A DNA stretch of 64,000 nucleotides from Squalus acanthias (lineage: Eukaryota). A model generated the notes under the pieces. The model was not told the DNA's origin and made no database searches. It saw only the letters and a list, made by a program, of their open reading frames with translations. Within the stretch, counting starts at the first letter, position 1, and each line of letters starts with the position of its first letter. A program made the translations under genes and the position numbers. Shown one piece after another: positions 36,403-48,792 of the stretch. The stretch is from assembly GCA_030390025.1 (NCBI GenBank), contig CM059431.1:126420001-126484000 (forward strand). Direction: 5' to 3'.

Positions 36403-37055
36403 CAACAAAAACTTGCATTTATATAGCGCCTTTAATGTAGCTAAACATCCCAAGGCACTTCATAGGAGTGTTAGCAAACAAAATTTGACACCAAGCCACA
36501 TAAGGGGATATTAGGACAGGTGATCAAAAGCTTGGTCATAGAGGTAGGTTTTAAGGAGCATCTAAAAGGAGGAGAGAGAGGTAGAGAGGCAGAGAGCTTT
36601 AAGGAGGGAATTCCACAGCTCAGGCCCTAGGCAGTTGAAGCCAGGGCTCCAAGTGTGGACGATGAAAATCCGGGGTGTGCAAGTGGCCAGAATTGGAGTA
36701 GCACAGAGATCTCAGAGTGTAGTCAGGCTAGAGGAAGTTACAGAGATAGGGAGGGGTGGGGCCATGGAGGGATTTGAAAACAAGAATGTGAATTTAATAT
36801 CGAGGCATTGCTGGACCGTGAGCCAATATAGGTCAGCGAGCACAGGAGTGATGGCTGAATGGGACTTGGTGTGAGTTAAGATACGGGCAACAGAGTTTTG
36901 CATAAACTCAAGTTTACGGTGTGGGGAGGCGGGTGCAAGGTGGGGGGCCAACCAGGATAGTATTGAAATAGTCAAGTCTAGAGATAACAAAGGCATGGAT
37001 GAGGGTTTCAGCAGCAGACGAGCTGAGGCAGGGATGGAGACGGACGATGTTAAGA
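36403..37055 (-). mobile_element. L2 LINE 3' fragment
   Basis: QNSVARILTHTKSHSAITPVLADLYWL and an L2 tail. Confidence 0.88.
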
Positions 37056-37308
37056 ATGTAATATTCAGCATTAGAAATTCACTGAAACCCCTTTTAATTG
37101 TTAACTACAAAAGAAATATGTTCACATTTCTGAAGCTGTGAAGAAAATTGAGTACTTAATTGGATAAATATTTGGATTTCCTAAACAGGCTTTTACAAGA
37201 AGTGATAATTTAAATAAATAGGCTTTCTAATATACCTGAACAGTTAGCATATTTTATACTGATCCAGTATAATTAATTTAATAATTGGATTCCTCAATTA
37301 TCTTTAAT

Positions 37309-37780
37309 GTCAGCTGTGGCTCAGTGGGTAGCACACTTGCCTCTCAGTCAGAAGGTTGTGGGTTCAAGTCCCACTCCAGAGACTTGAGCACATAAAGCTA
37401 GGCTGACATCCATTGCAGTGCTGAGGGAGTGCTGCACTGTCGGAGGTGCCGTCTTTCGGATGAGACATTAAACTGAGGCCCCGTTTGCTCTCTCAGGTGG
37501 ACGTAAAAGATCCCATGGCACTATTTCGAAGAAGAGCAGGGGAGTTATCCCTGGTGTCCTGGCCAATATTTATCCCTCAACCAACATAACAAAAACAGAT
37601 TATCTGGTCATTATCACGTTGCTGTTTGTGGGACCTTGCTTTGCGCAAATTGGCTGCTGCATTTCCTACATTACAACAGTAACTCCACTTCAAAAAAAAA
37701 GTACTTAATTGGCTGTAAAATGCTTTGAGACGTCCGGTGGTCGTGAAAGGCGCTATATAAATGCAAGTCTTTCCTTCTTT
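37309..37780 (+). mobile_element. tRNA-derived DeuSINE (SacSINE1-like) with L2-type tail
   Basis: A box TGGCTCAGTGG, B box GGTTCAAGTCC, Deu-domain GGAGGTGCCGTCTTTCGGATGAGAC...AAAGATCCCATGGCAC, tail GGCGCTATATAAATGCAAGT. Confidence 0.85.
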
Positions 37781-38060
37781 CTTTGCAAGTAATGGACAAC
37801 GTGTTAAAAACCATTGGCAACTACGGTAGCTCCCATGCCATTGTTCACTATCGACTAGGAGCAGAGCCAAAGGGCTTGGGTAGATCTCCAGGAAGCAAAC
37901 GGAACATTTTTAACAATAGGAACTGGAACAACCCATTGCAGTAGCACTTTCTGGGCAACAAGGCTATGCATGCACAACGAGCGAAAAAATTACATTTGTG
38001 TCATAGGGGATTTTTCTACTATGAAATTGTGGACTGTCTTCCACATGGGCACCTTACATT

Positions 38061-38826
38061 GGGCCAGAAATTCGGCGCTTGTCGGGTGAGTACGCACTGT
38101 GTACTCACCCGTAAGGCCACTTGAAGTGCCGGTTTCCTGCATGCACTGCGCATGCACAGGAAACCGGAACTTCCGGTCTCGTGAAGGGAGGGGTTCAGAG
38201 GTGAACCGCGTGCGCGGGAGAGGCTGCGCGCACGCAGCGAACTTCAGGTTTTTTTCAGGTTTCTCCGGGAGAGGTAAGTATGGAAGAACCTGCGCTTTTA
38301 AAAAGGAGGCGCAAGGCCTGTTGTTAACAAGGTAAGTGGTTAATTAATTACAATTGAAAAAATTTTCAACAGGTTTATCTTTTTTAGATACTTTAAAGAA
38401 AGGTAAGTTTATTTTTAGCACCGTTAAAAAGTATAATTAATTTTTTCAAAAATTTAAATTTTTGTTTAAAGTAGTTAATTTATTTAACTTATAGTTAGTT
38501 TAAAAATGTGATGCTTTTAAAAAAAAATTATTTGAAGTTTAAGTGTAGTTTTGGGGCCGATTTCAATTCAGAGATTTGACAGGTCTTCCTGTCAAATCTA
38601 TGAATGAAAATGCCTTGCTAGGATTGGCTCTCCATGGCCCACGTGATCCCAGGGGACGCTTCAAACTAACTGAGCCCCTGGGATACACAAGCACTGCGCG
38701 CTGGCAGCTGGAGGAGGCCCAGGACCCGAAGTTCTCGTGGGCCCAAAACACAACGGCAGGCGCGGTAGGCAAGTACGCGCGCGATGCTTGCACCCGCAGG
38801 AAGCCAGAAAACCGAATTTCTGGCCC
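38061..38826. mobile_element. Harbinger-like MITE family 1, copy 4
   Basis: Perfect 15-bp TIR GGGCCAGAAATTCGG with ATT/ATG flanks. Confidence 0.92.
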
Positions 38827-39059
38827 ATGATGTTCACCAGTTGTTTTTCTTTTACACACGAGAGCGTCTTTCCACGCCGTCTTTCTCTCTGCTTTCGCCA
38901 GCTTTTCCTGTTTCTATTTCAAATTTGTCTTACTTTTCACAGCATCAGCTGTTCACACATCCTCAGTGCCTCCCTTTTATTTCTGTTATTATGCTTCTTC
39001 CTTCTGTCTCGCATTAATATCACTTCAGCCATTTATTATCTCCTCTTTCCCTTTTCAGC

Positions 39060-39523
39060 ACTTTACCCAGTTGTGGGGAAGAAACTAGAATCTGTCGTTA
39101 GGGACAGAGTGAGAGAGCACTTGGACAAATATGAGCTGATCAAAGAGAGCCATCCTGGATTTGTGATGGGTAAGTCACTTCTGACTAACCTAGTTGAATT
39201 TTTTGAGCAGGTCGCTAACATGATGGATAAGGGAGTGTCTATGGATGTTGTCTATATGGATTTGCAGATGTCATTTGATGAGGCGGACATGGGTTGGAAA
39301 TTAGATGGGAGGTAGGAGACTGAGTCGGAATAAAGGGTATGTATGCTGATTGGTGGGATGTGACAAGTGGTGTACCCCAGGGATCCAAACTCAGGCCTCA
39401 GTTTTTCACCATATTTATCAATGACTTGGATGAAGGTACAGAGTTGTATATCCAAGTTTGCAGATGACACTAAGTTGGGGCACTGAAAGTGGTGCAGATG
39501 GGAGCAGGAAGTTAGGGACATAG
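39060..39523 (+). mobile_element. CR1 RT fragment
   Basis: VVGKKLESVVRD...LTNLVEFFEQV...DVVYMDLQ and SKFADDTKL. Confidence 0.85.
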
Positions 39524-39775
39524 ACAACAACAACAACTTGCATTTATATAGTGCCTTAAACATAGTAAAATGTCCCAAGGTGCTTCACAGGAGCATTATC
39601 AAACAAAATTTGACACTGAGCCACATAAAGGGATATTAGGGCAGGCTTGGTCAAAGACGTAGGTTTTAAGGAGTGACTTAGAGGATAGAGTGGTGGAGGG
39701 GCGGAAAGGTTTAGGGTGGGACTTCCAAAACTTATTGCCTAGGCAGCTGAAGGCACGGCTGCCAATGGTGAAACA
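39524..39775 (-). mobile_element. L2 3' end
   Basis: (CAA)n-CTTGCATTTATATAG tail, homologous to 21526 and 36403. Confidence 0.85.
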
Positions 39776-40633
39776 TTAACTTATCTGCTTCACCCTCACC
39801 TCCGATAACAAGTGTGAGGAGCTCATGGACTTCTTTGTCTCTAAGATTGAGACCATCCGTTCAGCTGCCTCTGCCACTTCCCTTCCTTCTCCTAGCCCAG
39901 TGGGCCAAACTTCCTCTAAGGATCCACCCTGCCCTAACCCTGAACTCACATCTTTCTCCAGTTTCTCTCCGATCTCTCCTCATGACCTCTCCACGCACAT
40001 CTTGTCCATGAGATCCACTTCCTGCTCCCTCGACCCTATTCCCGCCAAACTGCTGACCACCTAACTTCCTTTACTCCCTCTCCTCAGGTACTGTCCCCCT
40101 CTCTCTCAAATCTGCCATCATCACTCCTCTCCTCAAAAAGCCAACCCTTGACCCCTCTGTCCTTGCAAACTACCGCCCCATCTCCAATCTCCCTTTCCTC
40201 TCCAAAGTCCTTGAAAGTGTTGTCACCTCCCAAATCCATGCCCATCTTTCCTGCAATTCCATGTTTGAACCCCTCCAATCTGGTTTCTGCCCTTGCCACA
40301 GTACCAAAACGGCTCTCATCAAAATCACAAATAACATCCTTTGTGACTGTGACAAAGGTAAACTATCGCTCCTCGTCCTTCTGGACTTGTCTGCAGCTTT
40401 TGACAGGGCTGACCATTCCAACCTTCTCCAACGCCTCTCGACCGTCGTCCAGCTGGGTGGGACTGCTCTTGCCTGGTTCCATTCTTATCTATCTAATCGT
40501 AGCCAGAGAATCAGCTGCAACAGCTTCTCTTCCTGTTCCCGCTCCAGGATTTATATTTGGCCCCCTCCTATTTCTCATCTACATGTTGCCCCTTGGGGAC
40601 ATCATCCAAAAACACAGCGTCAGTTTCCACATG

Positions 40634-43376
40634 TGTCCGGAACGACGTACTGCTATTGTTGCCTGGGAGCTCAGATGTTTCGACATAGACATCGCCGCCC
40701 TAAGCGAGACCCGGCGGGCAGAGGAAGGCCGGCTCAAGGAGCAAGGCGGTGGTTACACCTTCTTCTGGAAAGGCAAACCAGAAGAAGAACGCCACCTCCA
40801 TGGGGTAGGCTTCGCCATAAAAAATGAGCTAGTTGAATGTCTCAGAGACTCCCCTTGTGGAATAAACGAACGCCTCATGACTCTACGGCTCAGCCTAGCC
40901 CAGAACCAGTGCGCTACGGTCATCAGTGCGTACGACCCAACACTGGAAGCAACAGACAAGACCAAAGAGGAATTCTACTCCAACCTCGAACAATCCCTGT
41001 CCCGAGTCCCAACGGCGATAAGCTGATCCTCCTTGGCGACTTCAACGCCAGAGTTGGAAAGGACACAGACCTCTGGGGAAGTGTGATCAGCAGAGAGGGG
41101 GTAGGGAAAGCCAACTCCCAACAGTACCCTCCTCCTAACAAAATGCTTAGAACATGGCCTTGTCATAACCAACACCTTGTTCCGTCAGAGAGACAAGTAC
41201 AAGGCTTCATGGCAACACCCTCGCTCCAAGGACTGGCATCTGCTGGACTACGTCATTGTCCGAGCGAGGGACCGCAAGGACGTCCGCATCACCCGCGCCA
41301 TGACAGGAGCTGACGACTGCTGGACAGACAACCGCCTAATCCACCCTGTCATCTCCATCAACGTAGCCACCAAAACAGCGGCGGCAACAGAAGCAATGCC
41401 GCAGGAAAATCAACGCTGGAGCACTCAAAGACCCTGCTAAGAAAGCCCTATTCAGCCTGCGCCTCACAAACAACCTGACGACTCCCAGTGATTCAGAGAC
41501 ACAGACTGTCCACAGTGCCTGGTCTGCACTCAAGGCCTCCATAATCAGCACCTGTGAAGAGACGCTCAGTCACTCGACCAGGAAACACCAAGACTGGTTC
41601 GACGAGAACGACCAGGAGATCGAGGAGCTAACAAGCCGCAAGCGCAAGGCATTCCTGATCTGGAAACAGCAACAGAACTCGAGAGCAAGAAAGCAGCTCT
41701 ACAGACGCCTGAAGGCTGAGGTCCAACTAAAAACTCGCGATCTAAAGAACTGATGGTGGGTAGAGAAAGCACAGGAGATCCAGCAGCTAGCCGACAACCA
41801 CGACGTGCGTGGATTCTTTAGTGCTGTCAAGACCATCTACGGCCCAAGGTCCTACCCCACCGCAGGCCAAGAACGGAGAGGTACTCATCAAGGACAGAGC
41901 GGCAGTCAGTACCGCTGGAAGGAGCACTTCGAAGATCTCCTTAACAGAGACTCTGGGCTGGATTTTGATACTGGGGACGTGATGGAGTCGGGACTCCCAC
42001 TTTTTGGGTTGTAGTCCCGCCTCATTGACTTGTAGCCAACCCACTGTATTTTCACTTGATTGACCTTGTTGAGCCCACCCAGCGGGCTCAGCAGGCCAAT
42101 TAAGGGCCACCCGGCAACAAGTGACGTCACAGATTGACATTTCATCATTCAAGAGCTTTTGACAGATGAAATATCAGCGTTTGACAGCTCCTTGAAGCTG
42201 TCAAACACTGACAATCTGTACTCTAAGTTAATTCCTTCCTCTCAGGCTGATTTAGAGATCTCTGCAGAACAAAAAGCAGAGGCTGCAGCTTTGACAGCTC
42301 AACGGCCATTCTGCTTTCTGTGCCAGTGAGATTTCTGACTCCCGAGACCTGAAGGGCTGACACCTGCAGGAGGAAGTTAAGGGAAGTAAAACTTTTTTCC
42401 ACACTTTACACTTACCTTACACACTTACCTCTGCACACATGCACCCATCACTCACCTGCCCACCGGACATATCGACCCCTCCAACCCCTGCAGACCCATG
42501 GTCCGCCTTGCTGAAACAGCATGGTTGGGACCTGTCGGAGAGCCCACATTTCAGGCATAAAAATAGGGATTAGGCAAAAAACTGCCTGTTAACTGCCTGT
42601 TAACTACCTGTTAACAGGCAGTTTATTGCCACTAATCCCCTTCCCGCCTCAGGAAGGCGGGTCCCAGCACAGGTCGGGTACCCGCCTCCAGCGAAACTGG
42701 CATGGAGGCGGGTTGGGGGCGGGATGGGGTCAGGACCCCCGATTCAGCTATTTTCCATCCAGTCCCACCTCCAAACCCGCCTCCACGGCTCAATGAAAAT
42801 TCTGCCCTCTGTCTTCGACATGAGTGTCCTCAACTCCATCCTGCAGCATGCTACCCGCCACCACCTCAGCACAACCCCACCCTGGCATGAGATTGAAAAG
42901 GCCATCCGACAACTGAAGAACAACAAGGCCTCAGGAGCAGATGGAATCCCCGTCGAGGCGCTAAAACATGGCGGTGAGGCACTATTGGCGCGAATACATG
43001 AACTCATTTCTCTTATTTGGAAGGAGGAGAGCATGCCAGGGGATCTCAGAGACGCCGTAATCGTGACCATCTTCAAGAAAGGTGACAAGTCCGATTGCGG
43101 TAATTACAGAGGAGTTTCCCTGCTGTCTGCCACAGGGAAAGTCATCACAAGAATCCTCCTCAATCGCCTTCTCCCAGTGGCTGAAGAGCTCTTCCCAGAG
43201 TCGCAATGCGGATTCCGCCCACTAAGGGGCACAATGAACATGATCTTCACCACGCGTCAACTACAAGAGAAATGCTGGGGACAGCATCAACCACTGTACA
43301 TGGCCTTCTTTGACCTCACAAAGGCCTTCGACACCATCAACCGTGAGGGATTATGGAGTGTCCTCCTCAAATTCGA
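40634..43376 (+). mobile_element. RTE-clade LINE fragment (endonuclease plus RT N-terminus), interrupted by a MITE
   Basis: ERRTAIVA.EL...IDIAALSETR...GVGFAIK, LLGDFNARVG, WHLLDYVIVR, KASGADGIP, ESQCGFRP, FFDLTKAFDTI. Confidence 0.9.
41955..42807. mobile_element. Harbinger-like MITE family 2, copy a
   Basis: GGGCTGGATTTT...AAAATTCTGCCC with an exact TCT/TCT TSD. Excision restores the RTE frame LLNRDSVFD. Confidence 0.92.
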
Positions 43377-44574
43377 CCATGGTCTCTGACTTAACTGTTT
43401 CCTTCTCCATCCTAATGTAGAACTCCACCATACTATGGTCACTCTTCCCCAGGGGGCCTCGTACCACAAGATTGCTGATTAGTCCCTCCTCATTACATTA
43501 TGAGCAGAAATTTTCTCCAATTAAATATTGGGAAGACCGAAGCCATTTTTTTCGGTCCCTGCCACAAACTCTGTTCCCTAGCCATTGACTTCATCCCTCT
43601 CCCTAACATCTGTCTGAGGCTGAACTACACTGTTTGCAACCTTGGTGTTATACTTGACCCTGAAATGAGTTCCTGACCACGTATCAGTGGCATAACAAAG
43701 ACCGCCTATTTCCAACTCCGTAACATCGCCTGTCTCCGCCCTTGCCTCAGCTCATCCGCTGCTGAAACCCTCATCCATGACTTTGTTACCTCTAGACTTG
43801 ACTATTCCAACGTACTCCTGGCTGGCCTCCCACATTCTACCCTACGTAAACTTGAGGTGATCCAAAACTCGGCTGCCCGTGTACTAACTCACACCAAGTC
43901 CCGTTCACCCATCACCCCTGTGCTCCCTGACCTACATTGGCTCCCGGTTAAGCAGCACCTCAATTTCAAAATTCTCATCCTTGTTTTCAAATCCCTCCAT
44001 GGCCTCACCCCTTCCTATCTCTGTAATCTCCTTCAGCCCCACAACCCTCCGAGATATCTGCGCTCCTCTAATTCTGCCCTCTTGAGCATCCCTGATTATA
44101 ATCGCTCAACCTTTGTTGGCCATGCCTTCTGCTGCCTAGGCCCTAAGCTCTGAATTCCCTGGCTAAGCCTCTCTGCCTCGCTACCTCTCTTTCCTCCTTT
44201 AAGACACTCCTTAAAACCTACCTCTTTGAACAAGCTTTTGGTCACCTGCCCTAATTTCTCCTTATGTGGCTCGGTATCAAATTTTTTATCTAATAATACT
44301 CCTGTGAAGCACCTTGGGATGTTTTACTATGTTAAAGGTGTTACATAAATACAAGTTGTTGTTGTTGTTGTTGTTCTCTCCACAGAGACTGGCTGACCTG
44401 CTGTGTATTTCCAGCATTTATGATTTTGTTTCAGGTTTCTAGCTTTTGCAGTTATTTGCTGTTTTGTAATTACAGCTTGGCAAGTTTACATAGGCAGTTT
44501 CCATTATAAATGTGAATAGTGTAACTTGAAATGGAAGCAGTTGACAGGAAGTGCATGTAGTCATATCAGGTACA

Positions 44575-45220
44575 ATTAGCCCCTCTCCCCTGCTCTTTCC
44601 CCATAGCCCTGCAATGTTTTTCCTTTTCAAGTATTTATCCAATTCTCTTTTGAAAATTACTATTGAATCTGCTTCAAGCACCATTTCAAGCAATGCATGC
44701 CCAATCATAACAACTCGCTGCGTAAAATAATCTCCTCATCTGCCCTCTGGTTCTTTTGCCAATTATCTTAAAACTGTGTCCTCTGGTTACCGACCCTCCC
44801 GCCAGTGGAAACAGTTTCTCCTTGTTTAATCCAGCAAAGCCCTTCATAATCTTGAACACCTCAATTAAATTTCTCCTTAACCTTCTCTGCTCTAAGGAGA
44901 ACAATCCCAGCTTCTCTAGTCTCTCCGCATAAACAAAATCCCTCATCCCTGATACCATTCCAGTAAATATCCTCTGCATCCTTTTCAAGGTCTTGACATC
45001 CTTCCTAAAGTGTGGTGCACACAATTAGACATAATACTCCAGCTGAGACTAAGCCAGTGTTTTATAAAGGTTTAACTTTTGTACTCTATGCCTCTATTTA
45101 TAAAGTCCAGGATCCCGTATGCATTTTAACAGCCTTCTCAACTTGTCCTGCCACCTTCAAAGATTTGTGTATATGAAACCTCAGGTCTCTCTGTTCCTGC
45201 ACCCCCTTTAAAATTGTACA
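44575..45220 (-). mobile_element. CR1 3' fragment
   Basis: RLEKLGLFSLEQRRLRRNLIEVFKIMKG. Confidence 0.88.
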
Positions 45221-45476
45221 AGTGTATGTAAAAGGTATTGGCAGTGGGGGATGGGTGTGAATGTGTTTTTGGGGGAGGAGAGCCTGGATGGTGCTTCAGA
45301 TAGGGACCCTCTGTTGGAACTTTGTGTTGGCATGCCTGGTGTCGACCTGCTTGTCTCGTCTCCTAGGCTCCTGGACCACTGGAGCCTGTTGCGCTTTGCC
45401 AGTTTTCCATGCTTCTATTTCTACCTGCCTTATGCCACACTGACACAGCTATTCACATGCTCTCTGTGTCTTGTAA

Positions 45477-45796
45477 ACACGGTGGCATAGTGGTTAGCAC
45501 TGGTGCCTCACAGCGCCAGGGACCCGGGTTCGAATCTGGCCACGGGTGATTGTCTGTGTGGAGTTTGCACATTCTCCCCGTGTCTGCATGGGTTTCCTCC
45601 GGGTGCTCCGGTTTCCTCCCACAGTCCAAAAATGTGCAGATTAGGTTGATTTGGCTATGATAAATTGACCCTTAGTGCTAGGGGGGGATTAAATTTACGG
45701 GGATAGGATGGGATATGTTAGGGGGAATTAAATACGTGGGGTTACGGGGATAGGGTGGGATATGTGTCGGTGTAGGCTCGATGGGGATTCTGTGTG
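45477..45796 (+). mobile_element. V-SINE (HE1-like), followed by a CR1 3' tail to about 45905
   Basis: Homologous to 26733-27041, with A/B boxes, V-domain and an internal duplication of about 40 bp. Confidence 0.88.
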
Positions 45797-46076
45797 AGAA
45801 AGTAGGGACAGGGTACTGGATTTGGATCATCAACCATGATCGTATTGAATGGTGGAGCAGGCTCGACGGGCCGAATGGCCTACTCCTGCTCCGAGTTTCT
45901 ATGTTTCTTTAATTTCTTCAGTTTCTCTCATTCCTATTGTCTCATGTTAATATGACCATCCACTCTTTTTTACTTAAGCACTTTACAGATCATTCTATTT
46001 GTTTTCTCGTGTGTGTAGGAATATCCTACATCCTCCACCCCCGCCCCCACCGCCACCCCCCAACCCCCCACACTTC

Positions 46077-46904
46077 GGGAGCGATTTTGCCAGCCCTGGG
46101 GAGGCGGGTATGGATGCGGGCCTGCCGGGAAAATGGCAGAATCTGGGAGCGCGTACCCATCCCGCCCCCAACCCACCTCTGTGCCATCTTCCCAGGGGGC
46201 GGATACCCGACCCGCGCCGGGTCCCATCTCCTCGAGGCAGGAAGGGGATTAGTGCCAATTAACTGCCTGTTAACAGGCAGTTTTTTGGCTAATCCCTATT
46301 TTGCGACCTAAAGTGTGGGCTTCCCGACGGCTCCGAACCTCGCCAGGGTCAACGAGGTGAGCCGTGGGTCTGCCGGGGTCGGAGGGGCCAAAATGTCCAG
46401 TGTGCAGGTGAGTGATGAGTGCAAGTGTGGAGAGGTGAGTGTGTGAGGTGAGTATAAAGTGTTTTAATAAGATTACTTACCTTTGCTTCTTCCTCCAGGC
46501 TTCATCCCTTTAGGCTGCGGAGCTGCCTCATCTCACCGGCAGAGAAAGCAGAATGGGTCGCTGCATTGTTAAAGGCAGCAGCCTTCTACTTTCTGCTCAG
46601 GAAAGCTTTCTAAGTGAGCCTTCAGTACAAGGACTCAACTTAGAAGACAGATTGTCAGTGTTTGACAGCTTCACAGAGCTGTCAAACGATGACAATTCAT
46701 CTGTCAAAAAATCTTGACAGATGAAACGTCATTCGCTGATGTCATCTGTCACCGGCTTTCCCTTAATTGGCCTGCTAAGCCTGCTGGGTGGGCTTAACAA
46801 GGTCAATCAAGGGAAAGTAGCATGGGTTGGCAGGACGTCGATGGAGGCAGGACTAAAACCCGACAAGCAGCTTCCATCATGTCCCCATTGATAAAATCAC
46901 CCCC
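46077..46904. mobile_element. Harbinger-like MITE family 2, copy b (opposite orientation to copy a)
   Basis: GGGAGCGATTTT...AAAATCACCCCC with TTC/TTT flanks. Shares the AACTGCCTGTTAACAGGCAGTT palindrome and the TGACAG hairpins. Confidence 0.88.
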
Positions 46905-46906
46905 TT

Positions 46907-48311
46907 TGTTCTAATCCCTTTTCAATGCTGTTCATCTGTAATATCTCCCAGTTCAGGTGAAGCGTGCACTCCTGATATGTTAATTTATCTGTTCTTTCCA
47001 CAGGTGCTGACATGAAGGGATAATTACTAGTCCTAGCCCTTGTCGGGCCACCCCGGATCAGGCGTATTCCCCAGACGTTCACCTTCAACTAAAGTTAGAG
47101 ATAGCCAAATCCCATAAGATGCTTAATTGGGTCTAAAGGTTCAGACTATCTCTCCCTAAAGGAAAGGAATGACTTGAAGATGTTACCATCCTCCAGATAG
47201 CACTTTTAACAAGTTTAACTAGACTGTAACCTTCCGGATATTATGAGGGTCCGGAAAACTCCCCCAGAATTCTGCAACTCCTCACCAAAGAGTGTACAGA
47301 GATTGAGTTCACGAGTTTGATACAGAAGTACTATGTGAGATAATTCTAAAAATATATAGATTTATTAAAGAACCAACATGTAGTTAACAGTTGGTGATTC
47401 AGCCACAACATTAACAGTTCAAAATACAAATAGCTTACAATTCTTATTCTCAGAGATCCTTATTCTCAAATCTTAACTTCGTTACATTTTTACATTTCTA
47501 CTTATTCCTAATCCAGGATATCCACCAAAATCATATAAAAGTACCTTTGATCACCCGAGACTCAAAGAGTTGTAAACTTACAGAGCTTGTCTCTGAAGTT
47601 GAGAATTGCTTGCCCCTTCTAGCGAATTCTGTCTTCCTATTTGAAAATCCTATCTTTATACCCTTTTTTCAGTAGTATATCCTTTGAAGTTTTCTGCTGA
47701 TGTAAGCTAATTATCTCTAGTTATATTTCTGTTGACTTCTTTCTATTCTTACTGTCAGTTCAGCTGTTAGCTTGCAGACTTGTGTCTCTACTTTTAGGTG
47801 TTCAAAACTTATCATAAAAAACGGTTATAACAGAGGTATCTATTTGATGCCATTCTTATGAAGGTCTTCTATTCAATTCTTAAATCACCTCAGCTGGTTT
47901 TAAGCAGACTTCATGTCTCTAGTTGTTCCAAGTTTAAACACAAACACAATGTGATTGCTTGGTGCATCTATTGATGTCATATTTACAAAGTCTTCTGTTT
48001 GTATCTTTTACAACATGTAAATTAAAAACACTTCAACCAAGTACATGATTGTCTTCCTAACTACTTCAATTGATTGTATTAAGAATTATGTCTCCTGTCT
48101 TTCATTTGATGTCATATTTATGAAGGCATATGTTTCTTTAATGTTCTGTGTTTCATTTCAAAGTGTTGGTTTATGACACTTTAACTGGGGATTCCATTGT
48201 GTTCTTCCGAAAGCTCAGACTTTCTGGAAGCTCCAATCTGCTGCTTCAACAGGGCCACTGTCCCAGTGTCAACAACTGATCTTTATTTCAAAAGCCTGTA
48301 TGGTGTTTACA
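46907..48311 (-). mobile_element. Possible solo LTR
   Basis: TGT...ACA ends with CCTT/GCTT flanks. Minus-strand TATAAA (about 47655) lies upstream of AATAAA (about 47362). Degenerate TTGATGTCATATTTA repeats resemble a U3 region. Confidence 0.45.
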
Positions 48312-48792
48312 GCTTTGTGTTGTTGAGGCTTTTAGATTTTAAAACCCAGTTTGTCATGTTTTAATAAAGTCAGAATTCTGTTCATAGGATGGTGTATTTT
48401 TCCGAACATGGCTATTCCTTTACAGACAGACCAGCTAGCACTATTTTCTGGTTTTGTTTTAGAGGTCCAATATCTACAGTTTATTCTGTTTGTATGCAAC
48501 TCCCAGTTGCCTGCAGTTGCAACCTCACCCATTATAGGCTGCATGCTGAGAATTGCATGTCATAATAACAAACACCAGTTTGGCCCACATGGCTTTTTTT
48601 TTTAAGACATCATGGTGATCCATGGTGGCCCCCTCTGACCTCTTGTTCCCTAGAAGTAGGAAGCAATCCAAATCCTAGTGAAGGAAGCCATAGAGTTGTT
48701 GGAGATGGGAATGAGGAGGGCGAATGGCAGCTGTGGGTTCTTGATTATATTCTGCTTTTCTTCCTTCTCATCCTGCTGTATCCCACATTAAT

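Larger units (their letters stand above)
39790..44373 (+). mobile_element. L2 LINE (pieces 39790-40633 and about 43500-44373) split by an RTE element
   Basis: CSLDPIP, QSGFCPCHSTKTAL, LLDLSAAFD, IQNSAARVLT...LHWLPV and a (GTT)n tail. Confidence 0.9.

Noticed and set aside
40148..41026. 292-aa ORF as a novel fusion protein
   Set aside because: Chance read-through from an off-frame L2 segment into the inserted RTE endonuclease.
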